Below are positions 38,322 through 46,731 of a DNA stretch of 64,000 nucleotides, in pieces. Both the position numbers and the translations under genes were made by a program. Position 1 is the first letter of the stretch; each line of letters begins with the position of its first letter. The stretch spans positions 2,947 through 66,946 of the forward strand of contig JBGQLG010000006.1 of NCBI GenBank assembly GCA_041499965.1, read 5' to 3'. Under the pieces are notes generated by a model. That model had not been told where the DNA came from. It made no database searches and worked only from the letters and a program-made list of their open reading frames with translations. The DNA comes from Candidatus Methylomirabilia bacterium. GTDB lineage: Bacteria > Methylomirabilota > Methylomirabilia > Rokubacteriales > CSP1-6.

Positions 38322-39199
38322 CGCAGGCCGGCGATCAGTCCGGTGAGCCCGTCCGACAGGTCCACCGCCGGCGTCCACCCCAGTGTTCGTAGCCGCGTCG
38401 GGTCGGCCACGAACGATCCGGACAGCTCGACGGTGGCCCCGGAGGCGGCGACGAGCTCCGGTCGCCCGAGGAGCTCCGCGATGGTGAGGGCGATGTCCTG
38501 CACCGTGCGGGGGATCCCGCTTCCGATGTTGACGGTCGTGTCGACGCGCTGCTCCACCAGGTGCAGGAGGGCCGCCGCGACATCGTCGACGTGGATCCAG
38601 TCTCGCACCGCCTGGGGCGTCTTGAGGGTCACGCGCTCGCCGCCGGCGAGGCGGCGGATCACGCTGCTGCAGAGCCGCGCGGCGGGCTCACCGACGCCGT
38701 AGGGTTGGAAGAGCCGCGCCCACGCCAGGCGGGCGCCCGCGGCGCGGACCCCTTCGTCTAGCGCCACGCGCAGCTCGTGCTTGGCTCGGGCGTACGGGGA
38801 GAGCGGCGCGAGCACCGAGCGCGTCTCGTGAAGCGGCTGCGACGACGCCTGGTACTCGGCGCTCGTGCCCAGCGCGACGACATGGCCGCCTCCGCGGTCC
38901 AGCCACCCCTGCAGGAAGGCGAGGCTCTCGTCCATGTAGCGCCGGTTCTCGGGCGATTCGAGATAGACGCCCGCGTCGGTGATCCAGGCGGCATGCACAC
39001 ACACATCCGGCCCGAAGCGGCCCAGCGCATCCCACGGCGGACTGGCCAGGGTGCCCATCGTCGTCGTCACGCCCAGATCGGCGGGAAGCCCCGGCGACCC
39101 CGGGCGCACGAGGCCGTTCACCACGTGACCTCTCGCCACCGCCCGCCGAATGAAGGCCCGTCCGACGAAACCGGTGGCCCCCGTGACGACGATCCTCAT
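38318..39199 (-). CDS. NAD-dependent epimerase/dehydratase (extended SDR) family sugar-nucleotide enzyme
   Basis: MRIVVTGATGFVG (GxxGxxG) and ...SPYARAK... (YxxxK). Confidence 0.85.
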   Translation of the reverse strand: MRIVVTGATGFVGRAFIRRAVARGHVVNGLVRPGSPGLPADLGVTTTMGTLASPPWDALGRFGPDVCVHAAWITDAGVYLESPENRRYMDESLAFLQGWLDRGGGHVVALGTSAEYQASSQPLHETRSVLAPLSPYARAKHELRVALDEGVRAAGARLAWARLFQPYGVGEPAARLCSSVIRRLAGGERVTLKTPQAVRDWIHVDDVAAALLHLVEQRVDTTVNIGSGIPRTVQDIALTIAELLGRPELVAASGATVELSGSFVADPTRLRTLGWTPAVDLSDGLTGLIAGLR

Positions 39200-39374
39200 C
39201 CGGTCGCGCGGCGCTCGTCTGGGCCGTCGCTGACGTCATGGAACAATGGCTCGCTCCCGCGCACGATCGCGACCGTCGTCCCACGTTAGCGCAAGCGACC
39301 GGTGAAACCGCCATCCATTCTGCGTCGCGATGACGGCGAGTTGCGGGGCGGCCGGCCGTCATCCGGGACCTCGC

Positions 39375-40244
39375 TCAGGCGCCGAGGCGCTTGGCGATGA
39401 GGGCGAGGCGATAGGCGAGACGCCCGTAGCGCGGATGGCGGTATCGAGCGTAGAGCACGTGGTGGAGCGCGTTGAGCCTGAACAGCGCGTACAACAGGCG
39501 CGGGTGTGGAGGGATCCGCAGATCGCCGAGGACCGCCCGGGTGAATCGGGTGAGCGGGAGCACGCGAGCCACCCACCCCGGCGCGTCGTCGATGAGTCGC
39601 ATGTACGCGTGGGGCTCGGTGGTCTCGCGCACCAGCAAGACCTCGTCCAGCCGCGCGTGCTTGCCATACAGAAGCGTCCCGGCGGTGACGGTCCAGTCGA
39701 ATCCATAGTAGATCGATCGGGGAAAGACCCGGCGCAGCACCTCACGCCGGTACAGGCCGTAGAAGCGAGAGTTGTCCAGGGGATCGCGCAGGAACCGGCA
39801 CAGGTTCTCGTGCACGCTGCCGAGCAGCGCCTGGCCGTCGGGAGCGGGACGCCGGCTCCCATCGGGGGCGACGAATTCGACGCGAGGGGCCGCGCACACC
39901 ACGTCACCGTGCGCCTCCAGGACGGCCAGGGCCTGCTGCACCAGGCGCGGCCGCACGTAGTCGTCGGCCGCCAACCACATGAAGGAGGGGGCGCCGGCGG
40001 CCTCGAGCACGAAGCGGAAATTCTCGAGGGCGCCGAGGGCAACCGGCTGTCGCGTGTAGTGAATCCGTGGATCGCGCGCGGCGTAATCCCGGCAGATCGC
40101 CTCGGTCCCGTCGGTCGACGCGTTGTCGGACACCAGCAGCTCGAAATCGCCACAGGTCTGGTCGAGGACCGATTCGATGGCCCGGGCGACCGTCCGTTCA
40201 AGATTGAAGACCGGAATGCCGATGGACGCGCGGGCGCCGGCCAC
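39375..40244 (-). CDS. family 2 glycosyltransferase
   Basis: ...SIGIPVFNLERTVARAIESVLDQTCGDFELLVSDNASTDGT... The start is uncertain: GTG 40244 is in frame and the alternative is CTG 40253. The rest of the track ORF upstream overlaps the flippase gene. Confidence 0.8.
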   Translation of the reverse strand: MAGARASIGIPVFNLERTVARAIESVLDQTCGDFELLVSDNASTDGTEAICRDYAARDPRIHYTRQPVALGALENFRFVLEAAGAPSFMWLAADDYVRPRLVQQALAVLEAHGDVVCAAPRVEFVAPDGSRRPAPDGQALLGSVHENLCRFLRDPLDNSRFYGLYRREVLRRVFPRSIYYGFDWTVTAGTLLYGKHARLDEVLLVRETTEPHAYMRLIDDAPGWVARVLPLTRFTRAVLGDLRIPPHPRLLYALFRLNALHHVLYARYRHPRYGRLAYRLALIAKRLGA

Positions 40245-40249
40245 GATGG

Positions 40250-41746
40250 TCAGGACGCTCGCAGGGCCGCGACCACGCGACGGCGCACCGTGGAGGCGAC
40301 GCTGAGGGCCGCCGCGGCCGCCAGCACCCCCGTCGTCGTGAGCCATCCGAGCCGGGCCGGCGTGCCGAGCGTCGCCGGCATCGTGACGCGGGCGAGGGCG
40401 CCGACAACGGCGACGGCGGCGGTGGGCCGCAGGATGTGCGCGTACCAGGACGTCAGCGCACCCGGCCAGATCCGTTGATGCATGCGGCGCATGAACAGGA
40501 TGAACACGCCCAGGTTGAGCACGGCCCAGGCCAGCGCCGCGCCGGCGCCCCCCCACCGCAGGCTCATGATGACGATCACGGGGGCCATCGCGAGCGCGGC
40601 GGTGGCGTTGACCCCGGCGCCGAGCGTCGACCATCCCGACGCGAGCTGGACGACGTGGGGCACGTGCAACAGCGCATTGAGGACCGTGCCGATGGCGCGG
40701 AGACTCAGCACCGGCGCGGCGTCATGGGCGAGCCGGGTGTCACGCGTCCACACGGTCAGCACCTCGGTGGGAAAGAACACCAGGAGCGCCGCCAGGGGCA
40801 GCACGACGATGGCGACCACTTGCGAGAAGAAATGGTACTCCGCGACGGCGGCGCGGTCCTCCCGGCGCTCGAACAGCTGACTGAAGCGCGGGAAGACCGC
40901 CGTCGTCACCGGGCCCACGATCTGGCCCAGCGCCGCCGCCACGCTCACGGCCAGCGTGTAGTATCCGAACTCGGCGAGCGGCAGGACGGCGCTGAGGATG
41001 ATCTGGTCCATCGACGTCAGCGCCAGGCCGAGCAGCATCGTGCCGGCCATCCCGGCACTGAAGGGCAGCAGGGGCCTGATCGCCTCGACACGGATGCGGC
41101 CGCGACGCGCGGCGAGCGGCAGGCTCCGGCGGAGGGCCGCCGCCAGGACGCCGACCTCGGCATAGAGCAGGATGAGCTGGACCACGAGGAATACGGTGGC
41201 GGTCGGCGCCACCGCCAGGAGCGCCGCGATGCTCGCGCCACCCCGCATCACGATGCTGCTCACCTGAACCACGTTGACGGTCCCCTGCCGCTGGAGGCCG
41301 TTGAGGGCTCCCACATAGACGCCGCGCACCACCAGCGCCGGCAGCACCGCCCCCATGAGTCCGAGCGCGGTCCGTACCTCGCTCACCGAGAGCGCGGAGA
41401 AGGTCAACCATCGTGAGGTGATCGCGGGGGCCAGGGACACGAAGAGTGCGCCGACCCCGATGCCCACGGCCCAGCTCGCCGCGGGCAGCGTGGCGGCGAC
41501 GTCGGCGAGGCGGCCGCTGTCCCCGGGCTGAGCCGTCATCCGGGCCGCTTCTCGATTCATGGTGGCTCCGAGGCCGAGATCGAGCGCCGCGGCCGCGATC
41601 GTCAGCGTCGTCAGCAGCCCGACGAGACCGAACCCCTCGGCGCCGAGCACCCGAAGGTACACCGGGACGACGACGAGAAACGCCAGGACGCCAAGGCCCG
41701 TGCCGGCGACGTTGGCCAGGATATTCCGGCCGACGGTGGCGATCAC
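40250..41746 (-). CDS. Wzx-type polysaccharide flippase (MOP superfamily)
   Basis: 498 aa with ~12-14 TM segments and an N-terminus ...GRNILANVAGTGLGVLAFLVVVPVYLRVLGAEGFGLVGL... typical of polysaccharide biosynthesis/export proteins. Confidence 0.8.
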   Translation of the reverse strand: MIATVGRNILANVAGTGLGVLAFLVVVPVYLRVLGAEGFGLVGLLTTLTIAAAALDLGLGATMNREAARMTAQPGDSGRLADVAATLPAASWAVGIGVGALFVSLAPAITSRWLTFSALSVSEVRTALGLMGAVLPALVVRGVYVGALNGLQRQGTVNVVQVSSIVMRGGASIAALLAVAPTATVFLVVQLILLYAEVGVLAAALRRSLPLAARRGRIRVEAIRPLLPFSAGMAGTMLLGLALTSMDQIILSAVLPLAEFGYYTLAVSVAAALGQIVGPVTTAVFPRFSQLFERREDRAAVAEYHFFSQVVAIVVLPLAALLVFFPTEVLTVWTRDTRLAHDAAPVLSLRAIGTVLNALLHVPHVVQLASGWSTLGAGVNATAALAMAPVIVIMSLRWGGAGAALAWAVLNLGVFILFMRRMHQRIWPGALTSWYAHILRPTAAVAVVGALARVTMPATLGTPARLGWLTTTGVLAAAAALSVASTVRRRVVAALRAS

Positions 41747-42411
41747 GCCGGCTTGCGCGCCACCACGACCTTGCCGCCGTCGATGGCGTGGGCCGGGTCA
41801 TCGATCTGCGCGAGCTCGGCGTCGAAGCCGACCCCGCGGAGGCGCTCGAGAATATCGGGGCCGTACGTCCGGAACGCCAGAACCCTTCCGCGTCCGCGCA
41901 GACGGTCACCGTGGTATTCCGGCTCGACCAGGTGCACCACCCCGCCGGGCTCGAGCCGGGCCCGCTCGAGGGTGGTGCCGGCGTCCATCAGCGGCACCGT
42001 GAAGAGCAGCGCGCCGCCCCGGCGCAGCACGCGGTGGACCTCGCCGAACGCCCGGCGATCATCGGGAACGTGCTCGAAGACCTCGGTGCTCGTCACCAGG
42101 TCGAACGCGCCGTCGCCGTAGGTGAGCCGCTGCACGTCCTGGCACTGCACGCCGCGGTCGAAGTCGCCCGGGGCGACACCGTCGAACAGCTCGGAGATGG
42201 TCACCCGGGTGAAGGTCCGGCTCAGGTGGCGGCAGAGCGCGCCGCGCGAGGACAGCTCGTACACGCGCGCGCTCTGCTCGAGCCCGAGCCGGTCGAGCAC
42301 GACGCCGACGGCGCGGTGACGGAAGGTGGAGAAGCAGCGCACGCAGCGCCGACCGGCCGGGCCCGGGTGCAGACGGAGGACCGGGAAGCCGCAGAGATTG
42401 CAGGTCGGCAC
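41743..42411 (-). CDS. class I SAM-dependent methyltransferase with N-terminal Cys4 ribbon
   Basis: GTG 42411 is in frame with ORF 41743..43752. CNLCG...CVRCFS, then ...FDLVTSTEVFEHVPDDRRAFGEVHRVLRRGGALLFTVP (Methyltransf_11-like). Confidence 0.75.
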   Translation of the reverse strand: MPTCNLCGFPVLRLHPGPAGRRCVRCFSTFRHRAVGVVLDRLGLEQSARVYELSSRGALCRHLSRTFTRVTISELFDGVAPGDFDRGVQCQDVQRLTYGDGAFDLVTSTEVFEHVPDDRRAFGEVHRVLRRGGALLFTVPLMDAGTTLERARLEPGGVVHLVEPEYHGDRLRGRGRVLAFRTYGPDILERLRGVGFDAELAQIDDPAHAIDGGKVVVARKPA

Positions 42412-42416
42412 GCGGC

Positions 42417-43676
42417 TCAGCGGGCGGCGTCGATGACGCGCGTCGTGGGCACGGCGACGATGAAGGCTCCACCACGGTCGAGGTACTCGGCCTGCTGGGC
42501 GACGATCTCGTCGGTCAGGTTCCAGGGCAGCAGCAGCGTGAAGTCCGGCATCTCGCGCAGCAGGTCCTCGACCGGTCGGATCGGGACGCGGACGCCCGGC
42601 ACCAGGCGGCCCTGCTTGTGCGGGCTGCGATCCACCGTGAACTCCAGCGTCTCGGCCCCGATCCCGCAGGCGTTGAGCAGGACGGTGCCCTTGGCCGGCG
42701 CCCCGTAGGCAGCCAGCCGCCGCCCCTGGCCGCGCAGCTGTCGCAGTCGCTCGACGAGGTCGCCGCACAGCCGTGCCACGTCCCGGCTGAAGCCGGCGTA
42801 GCGGGCGGCGCTCGTCAGGCCGGCGGCGGCCTCGGCCTCGCGCAGCCGCGCCACCGCGGGCGCGATCGGGCGGGCGCCGGCGTGCTGCACGAACACGCGC
42901 AGCGACTCGCCGTGCACCGGCTGGTGCTCGACGTCGAAGACCTCCAGCCGCGCCCGCGCCGCCAGCCCCCCGACCGCGGCCAGCGAGTAGTAGAAGACGT
43001 GCTCGTGGTAGATCGTGTCGAAGGCCGTGCGGGCCAGCAGGTCGCCCAGGTAGGGGAACTCGAAGACGGCGACGCCGTCCGGCGCCAGGCAGGCTCGCAG
43101 CGCCTCGAAGAACCCGTTGATCTCGGGGACGTGGGCGAGCACGTTGTTGCCGACGATCACGTGGGCCCGCCCGAACGTCCCGACGATCTCGTCCACGGCG
43201 TCCGGCCCGAAGAATCGGTTCAGCGTCGGGATCCCACGGGAGGCGGCCACCGCCGCGACGTTGCGGGCCGGCTCCACGCCGAGGACCGGCACCCCGCGCT
43301 CGAGGAAGAAACGCAGGAGGTAGCCGTCGTTGCTGGCGATCTCCAGCACGCCCCGGTCGGGGCCCAGCGCGAAGCGCTCGGCGAGGGCCCCCGCCATCGA
43401 TCGCGCGTGCGCGAGGAAGTGATCGGAGTACGAGGTGAAGTACAGGTACTCGCCGAAGAGCGCCTCGGGCGGCGCCGTGGCCGTGAGCTGCACCAGGTGG
43501 CAGCCCGCGCAGTAGGCGACGGCGAGCGGGTAGCGGGGCTCCGGCCGGCCGGCGTCCTCGGGACGGATGAACGCGTTGGCCAGGGGCTGGGTGCCGAGGT
43601 CGAGGAAGGGGTCGGGCAGGGCGGCGGCGCAGCCGAGACAGCTCCGTCCGCTCACGGCTCCCGCGCGGTCTGCCAT
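42417..43676 (-). CDS. NDP-hexose C-methyltransferase (TylCIII-like), paralogue 2
   Basis: ATG 43676 is in frame. CLGC...CAGCHLVQL, ...VLEIASNDGYLL...VGNNVLAHVP..., and a C-terminal C-methyltransferase domain. Confidence 0.8.
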   Translation of the reverse strand: MADRAGAVSGRSCLGCAAALPDPFLDLGTQPLANAFIRPEDAGRPEPRYPLAVAYCAGCHLVQLTATAPPEALFGEYLYFTSYSDHFLAHARSMAGALAERFALGPDRGVLEIASNDGYLLRFFLERGVPVLGVEPARNVAAVAASRGIPTLNRFFGPDAVDEIVGTFGRAHVIVGNNVLAHVPEINGFFEALRACLAPDGVAVFEFPYLGDLLARTAFDTIYHEHVFYYSLAAVGGLAARARLEVFDVEHQPVHGESLRVFVQHAGARPIAPAVARLREAEAAAGLTSAARYAGFSRDVARLCGDLVERLRQLRGQGRRLAAYGAPAKGTVLLNACGIGAETLEFTVDRSPHKQGRLVPGVRVPIRPVEDLLREMPDFTLLLPWNLTDEIVAQQAEYLDRGGAFIVAVPTTRVIDAAR

Positions 43677-44734
43677 CGCGTCTGGTAATGGTGGATCTGC
43701 TCCACGCTGAGGTCGTACATCGCGCGCGCGGCCGTCGGTCCGGCGGCGGCACGATACCACCGGACCGTCAGCGCCACCGCTTCCTTCAGCGTGAGCCCGG
43801 GGTGCCAGCCCAGGCGCGTGCGCGCCTTGCGCCAGTCCAGGCGCAGCAGGCCGGCCTCGTGGGGCGCGTCGCCCTCCGGCTTGGACTCCCAGCGCGACCC
43901 CGGCCACTGGTCCACGATCAGGTCGGCCAGCACGCCCACCGAGACGGCGTCGGCGTCGCGCGGCCCGAAGTTCCAGGCGCCCGCGAAGGTGCCGCTGCCG
44001 GCCAGGCGCTCGGCCAGGCGCAGGTAGCCGCCGAGCGGCTCCAGCACGTGCTCCCACGGGCGGACCGCCGCCGGGTTGCGCACGCGGATCGGCTCGCCGG
44101 CCACGAGGGCGCGCATCGCGTCCGGCACCAGCCGGTCGGCCGCCCAGTCGCCGCCGCCGATGACGTTGCCGGCCCGCACCGTGGCCACGTGCGGCCCGCG
44201 CTCGGCGAAGAACGAGCGGCGGTAGGCGGCGGCGATCAGCTCGGCGGCGGCCTTGCTGGCGCTGTAGGGATCGTGGCCGCCGAGCGGATCGTCCTCGCGA
44301 TAGCCCTCGGGCCGCTCGAGGTTCTCGTAGCACTTGTCACTGGTGACGACGACCACCGCCTCGATCGACGGCGTGTGCCGTATCGTCTCCAGCAGGGTCG
44401 AGGTCCCGAGCACGTTGATCGAGATGGTCTCCAGCGGTGCCCGGTAGGAGAGCCGCACGATGGGCTGGGCGGCCAGGTGGAACACGACGCGAGGCTGGGC
44501 GGCGGTCAGCGCCGCCTGCAGGGCGCCGGCGTCGCGCACGTCGGCGAAGTGCGTGGTGACGCGATCGGCCAGCCCGCAGCGGGCGAAGTACGAGGGCTCG
44601 GTGTGCGGAGTCAGGCCGTAGCCGGTGACGCGGGCGCCGAGGTCCAGCAGCCACGTGGCCAGCCAGCCGCCCTTGAAGCCGGTATGACCGGTGACGAAGA
44701 CGGGCCGGTCCTGCCAGAACTCACGGCTGATCAT
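43652..44734 (-). CDS. rfbG: CDP-glucose 4,6-dehydratase
   Basis: ...FWQDRPVFVTGHTGFKGGWLATWLLDLGARVTGY...YSASKAA... is the RfbG pattern. Confidence 0.9.
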   Translation of the reverse strand: MISREFWQDRPVFVTGHTGFKGGWLATWLLDLGARVTGYGLTPHTEPSYFARCGLADRVTTHFADVRDAGALQAALTAAQPRVVFHLAAQPIVRLSYRAPLETISINVLGTSTLLETIRHTPSIEAVVVVTSDKCYENLERPEGYREDDPLGGHDPYSASKAAAELIAAAYRRSFFAERGPHVATVRAGNVIGGGDWAADRLVPDAMRALVAGEPIRVRNPAAVRPWEHVLEPLGGYLRLAERLAGSGTFAGAWNFGPRDADAVSVGVLADLIVDQWPGSRWESKPEGDAPHEAGLLRLDWRKARTRLGWHPGLTLKEAVALTVRWYRAAAGPTAARAMYDLSVEQIHHYQTRWQTAREP

Positions 44735-44737
44735 CGG

Positions 44738-45511
44738 TCACCGCCACACCGCCCAGGCGGCCTTGTCCTGCCGCCAGAGCTCGTTCAAGACGTCCATCTC
44801 CCGTGGCGTATCCATGCACTGCCAGAACCCGTGATGCTGATAGACCGCGAGCTGCTTCATGCCCGTGAGCTTCGTCAGGAGCGATTGCTCGAGGTTTTCG
44901 TCGTCACCGGCAATGAGGTCGAGCACCGCTCGCTCGAACACGAAGAACCCCCCGTTGATCCAGCCTCCGTGAACCTGGGGCTTCTCCTGGAAGACCTGGA
45001 CCATGTGGTTGTCGATCACGACCTCGCCGAAGCGCGACGAGGGCCGCACGGCGGTGAGCGTCGCCAGCTTGCCGTGCGTGCGGTGGAAGTCGAGGAGCCG
45101 GCCCAGATCCACGTCGGCCACGCCGTCACCGTACGTCACCATGAACCGCTCACCGTCGAGGTAGCGCGCCACGCGGCCCAGGCGACCGCCGGTCAGCGTG
45201 GCCTCGCCGGTCTCGACCAGGGTCACCCGCCAGCCCGCCTCGCCATGCGGCGTGTGCACCTGGACGTCGCGCGAGCCGAGCGTGATCGTGATGTCGCGGT
45301 GGCGGACCTCGTAGTTCAGGAAGTAGTCGCGGATGACGTCGCCCTTGTAGCCGAGGCAGATGACGAAGTCCTGGTGGCCGTAGTGGGCGTAGGTCTTCAT
45401 GATGTGCCACAGGATGGGACGGGCGCCGATCGCCACCATGGGTTTGGGACGGAACTCCGTCTCCTCCCGCAGCCGCGTGCCCAACCCGCCGGCGAGAAGC
45501 ACGACTTTCAT
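44738..45511 (-). CDS. rfbF: glucose-1-phosphate cytidylyltransferase
   Basis: MKVVLLAGGLGTRLREETEFRPKPMVAIGARPILWHIMKTYAHYG...FVICLGYKG is the RfbF pattern. Confidence 0.92.
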   Translation of the reverse strand: MKVVLLAGGLGTRLREETEFRPKPMVAIGARPILWHIMKTYAHYGHQDFVICLGYKGDVIRDYFLNYEVRHRDITITLGSRDVQVHTPHGEAGWRVTLVETGEATLTGGRLGRVARYLDGERFMVTYGDGVADVDLGRLLDFHRTHGKLATLTAVRPSSRFGEVVIDNHMVQVFQEKPQVHGGWINGGFFVFERAVLDLIAGDDENLEQSLLTKLTGMKQLAVYQHHGFWQCMDTPREMDVLNELWRQDKAAWAVWR

Positions 45512-45555
45512 GGGGGATCCATCGACTATAGTAGGTGCGTCCCCCGATCCGTCGG

Positions 45556-46731
45556 ATGAACATTCTCTGGGTCAGCCCGTTCCTGCCGAGCCCCGATGCG
45601 CCGCACGCGGGTGGCCGTGCCCTCGCCCAGTGGATCGAGTGGACGGCCGAGCGCCACGCCGTCACGCTTCTGTGCCGGGTCGAGCCGGCCGAGCGCGCCG
45701 AGGCTGAGGCGTGGCGGCCACGGCTGGCCGGGCTGCACCGGCAGGAGTTCGCGCGCCCGGCCGGCGCGCTGGCGACGGTGCACGTCGCGGCCTCCTACGC
45801 GCGGTTGGGCCGCGCGGCCAACCGCCTGCTCGCCGCCGGCGCCTTCGATCTCCTCCACGTCGACTACCTCGAGACCGGGCTGTGCCTCGACGCCGCCCTG
45901 CCGGTGCCCAAGCTCGTGGTAGCGATCGACGAACTGGTCCGCCCCGCGCGTCACCGGCTGGGCCTGGCTCGCGGGCCCCGGGCCCGCCTGGGCGCGTGGC
46001 TCTACTGGCGCGCCATCGGCCGGCTGCAGTGGCGGATTTGCCGCAAGTTCGACCGCATCCTCACGATGTCCGAGCACGATCGGCGCACGCTGCTCGCCGG
46101 CGATCCACGCCTGTCGATCGGCGTGCTGCCGCTGCCGACGGGGATCGATCCGGCGCGGCTCGAGGGCCTCGCGCGCGAGGATGCGGGCCTGCTGTTCGTG
46201 GGCGCGATGCACCGCGACGCCAACGTGGACGCGGTGCGCCACTTCCATCGTGAGATCCTGCCGCGCATCCGGGCCGAGGTGCCGGCGGCGACCCTCACGA
46301 TCGTGGGCGGCGATCCGACGCCCGAGGTGCGGCGTCTGGCGGCGGAGCCGGGCGTGCGCGTGACCGGGTTCGTCGAGACGCTGGAGCCGTACTATGGCGC
46401 GGCCACCGTGTTCGTGGCGCCGCTGCGCATCGCCGGGGGCATTGCCGGCAAGACGCTCGACGCGCTGGCCGCCGGCTGCCCCGTGGTGACGACGACGATC
46501 GGCAACGACGGCGTCGACGCCACGCCCGGGACGCACCTGCTCGTGGCCGACGCGCCGGCGGACTTCGCCGCGGCGGTGACGCGCCTGCTCCGCGATCCGG
46601 CGTTGCGGACCCGGCTGGGCGCGGCGGCGCGCCGGTTCGCGGCGGCGCGCTACGGCCCGGCCGTGAGCGCCGCGGTGCTCGAGCGCGAGCACGCCGCGCT
46701 GGCCGGTACCGGAGGGTTCACCAGACGATGA
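45556..46731 (+). CDS. GT-B (GT4/GT1-type) glycosyltransferase
   Basis: MNILWVSPFLPSP...GG... and the C-terminal ...VAPLRIAGGIAGKTLDALAAGCPVVTT... are the GT4 EX7E-region pattern. The track ORF starts at GTG 45535. Confidence 0.8.
   Translation: MNILWVSPFLPSPDAPHAGGRALAQWIEWTAERHAVTLLCRVEPAERAEAEAWRPRLAGLHRQEFARPAGALATVHVAASYARLGRAANRLLAAGAFDLLHVDYLETGLCLDAALPVPKLVVAIDELVRPARHRLGLARGPRARLGAWLYWRAIGRLQWRICRKFDRILTMSEHDRRTLLAGDPRLSIGVLPLPTGIDPARLEGLAREDAGLLFVGAMHRDANVDAVRHFHREILPRIRAEVPAATLTIVGGDPTPEVRRLAAEPGVRVTGFVETLEPYYGAATVFVAPLRIAGGIAGKTLDALAAGCPVVTTTIGNDGVDATPGTHLLVADAPADFAAAVTRLLRDPALRTRLGAAARRFAAARYGPAVSAAVLEREHAALAGTGGFTRR

Noticed and set aside
39329-39363. 9-bp inverted repeat GATGACGGC...GCCGTCATC and a TGACGTCA palindrome (39231-38) in the 175-nt gap inside the glycan cluster.
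   Set aside because: The stem is short with a 17-nt loop and no U-tract, and the 8-bp palindrome occurs once. Neither is distinguishable from chance without comparative data.
43688-46692. 623-aa plus-strand ORF over rfbG/rfbF and 388-aa minus-strand ORF over the GT4 gene.
   Set aside because: They lie opposite strongly recognisable RfbG, RfbF and GT4 frames and have no motifs of their own.
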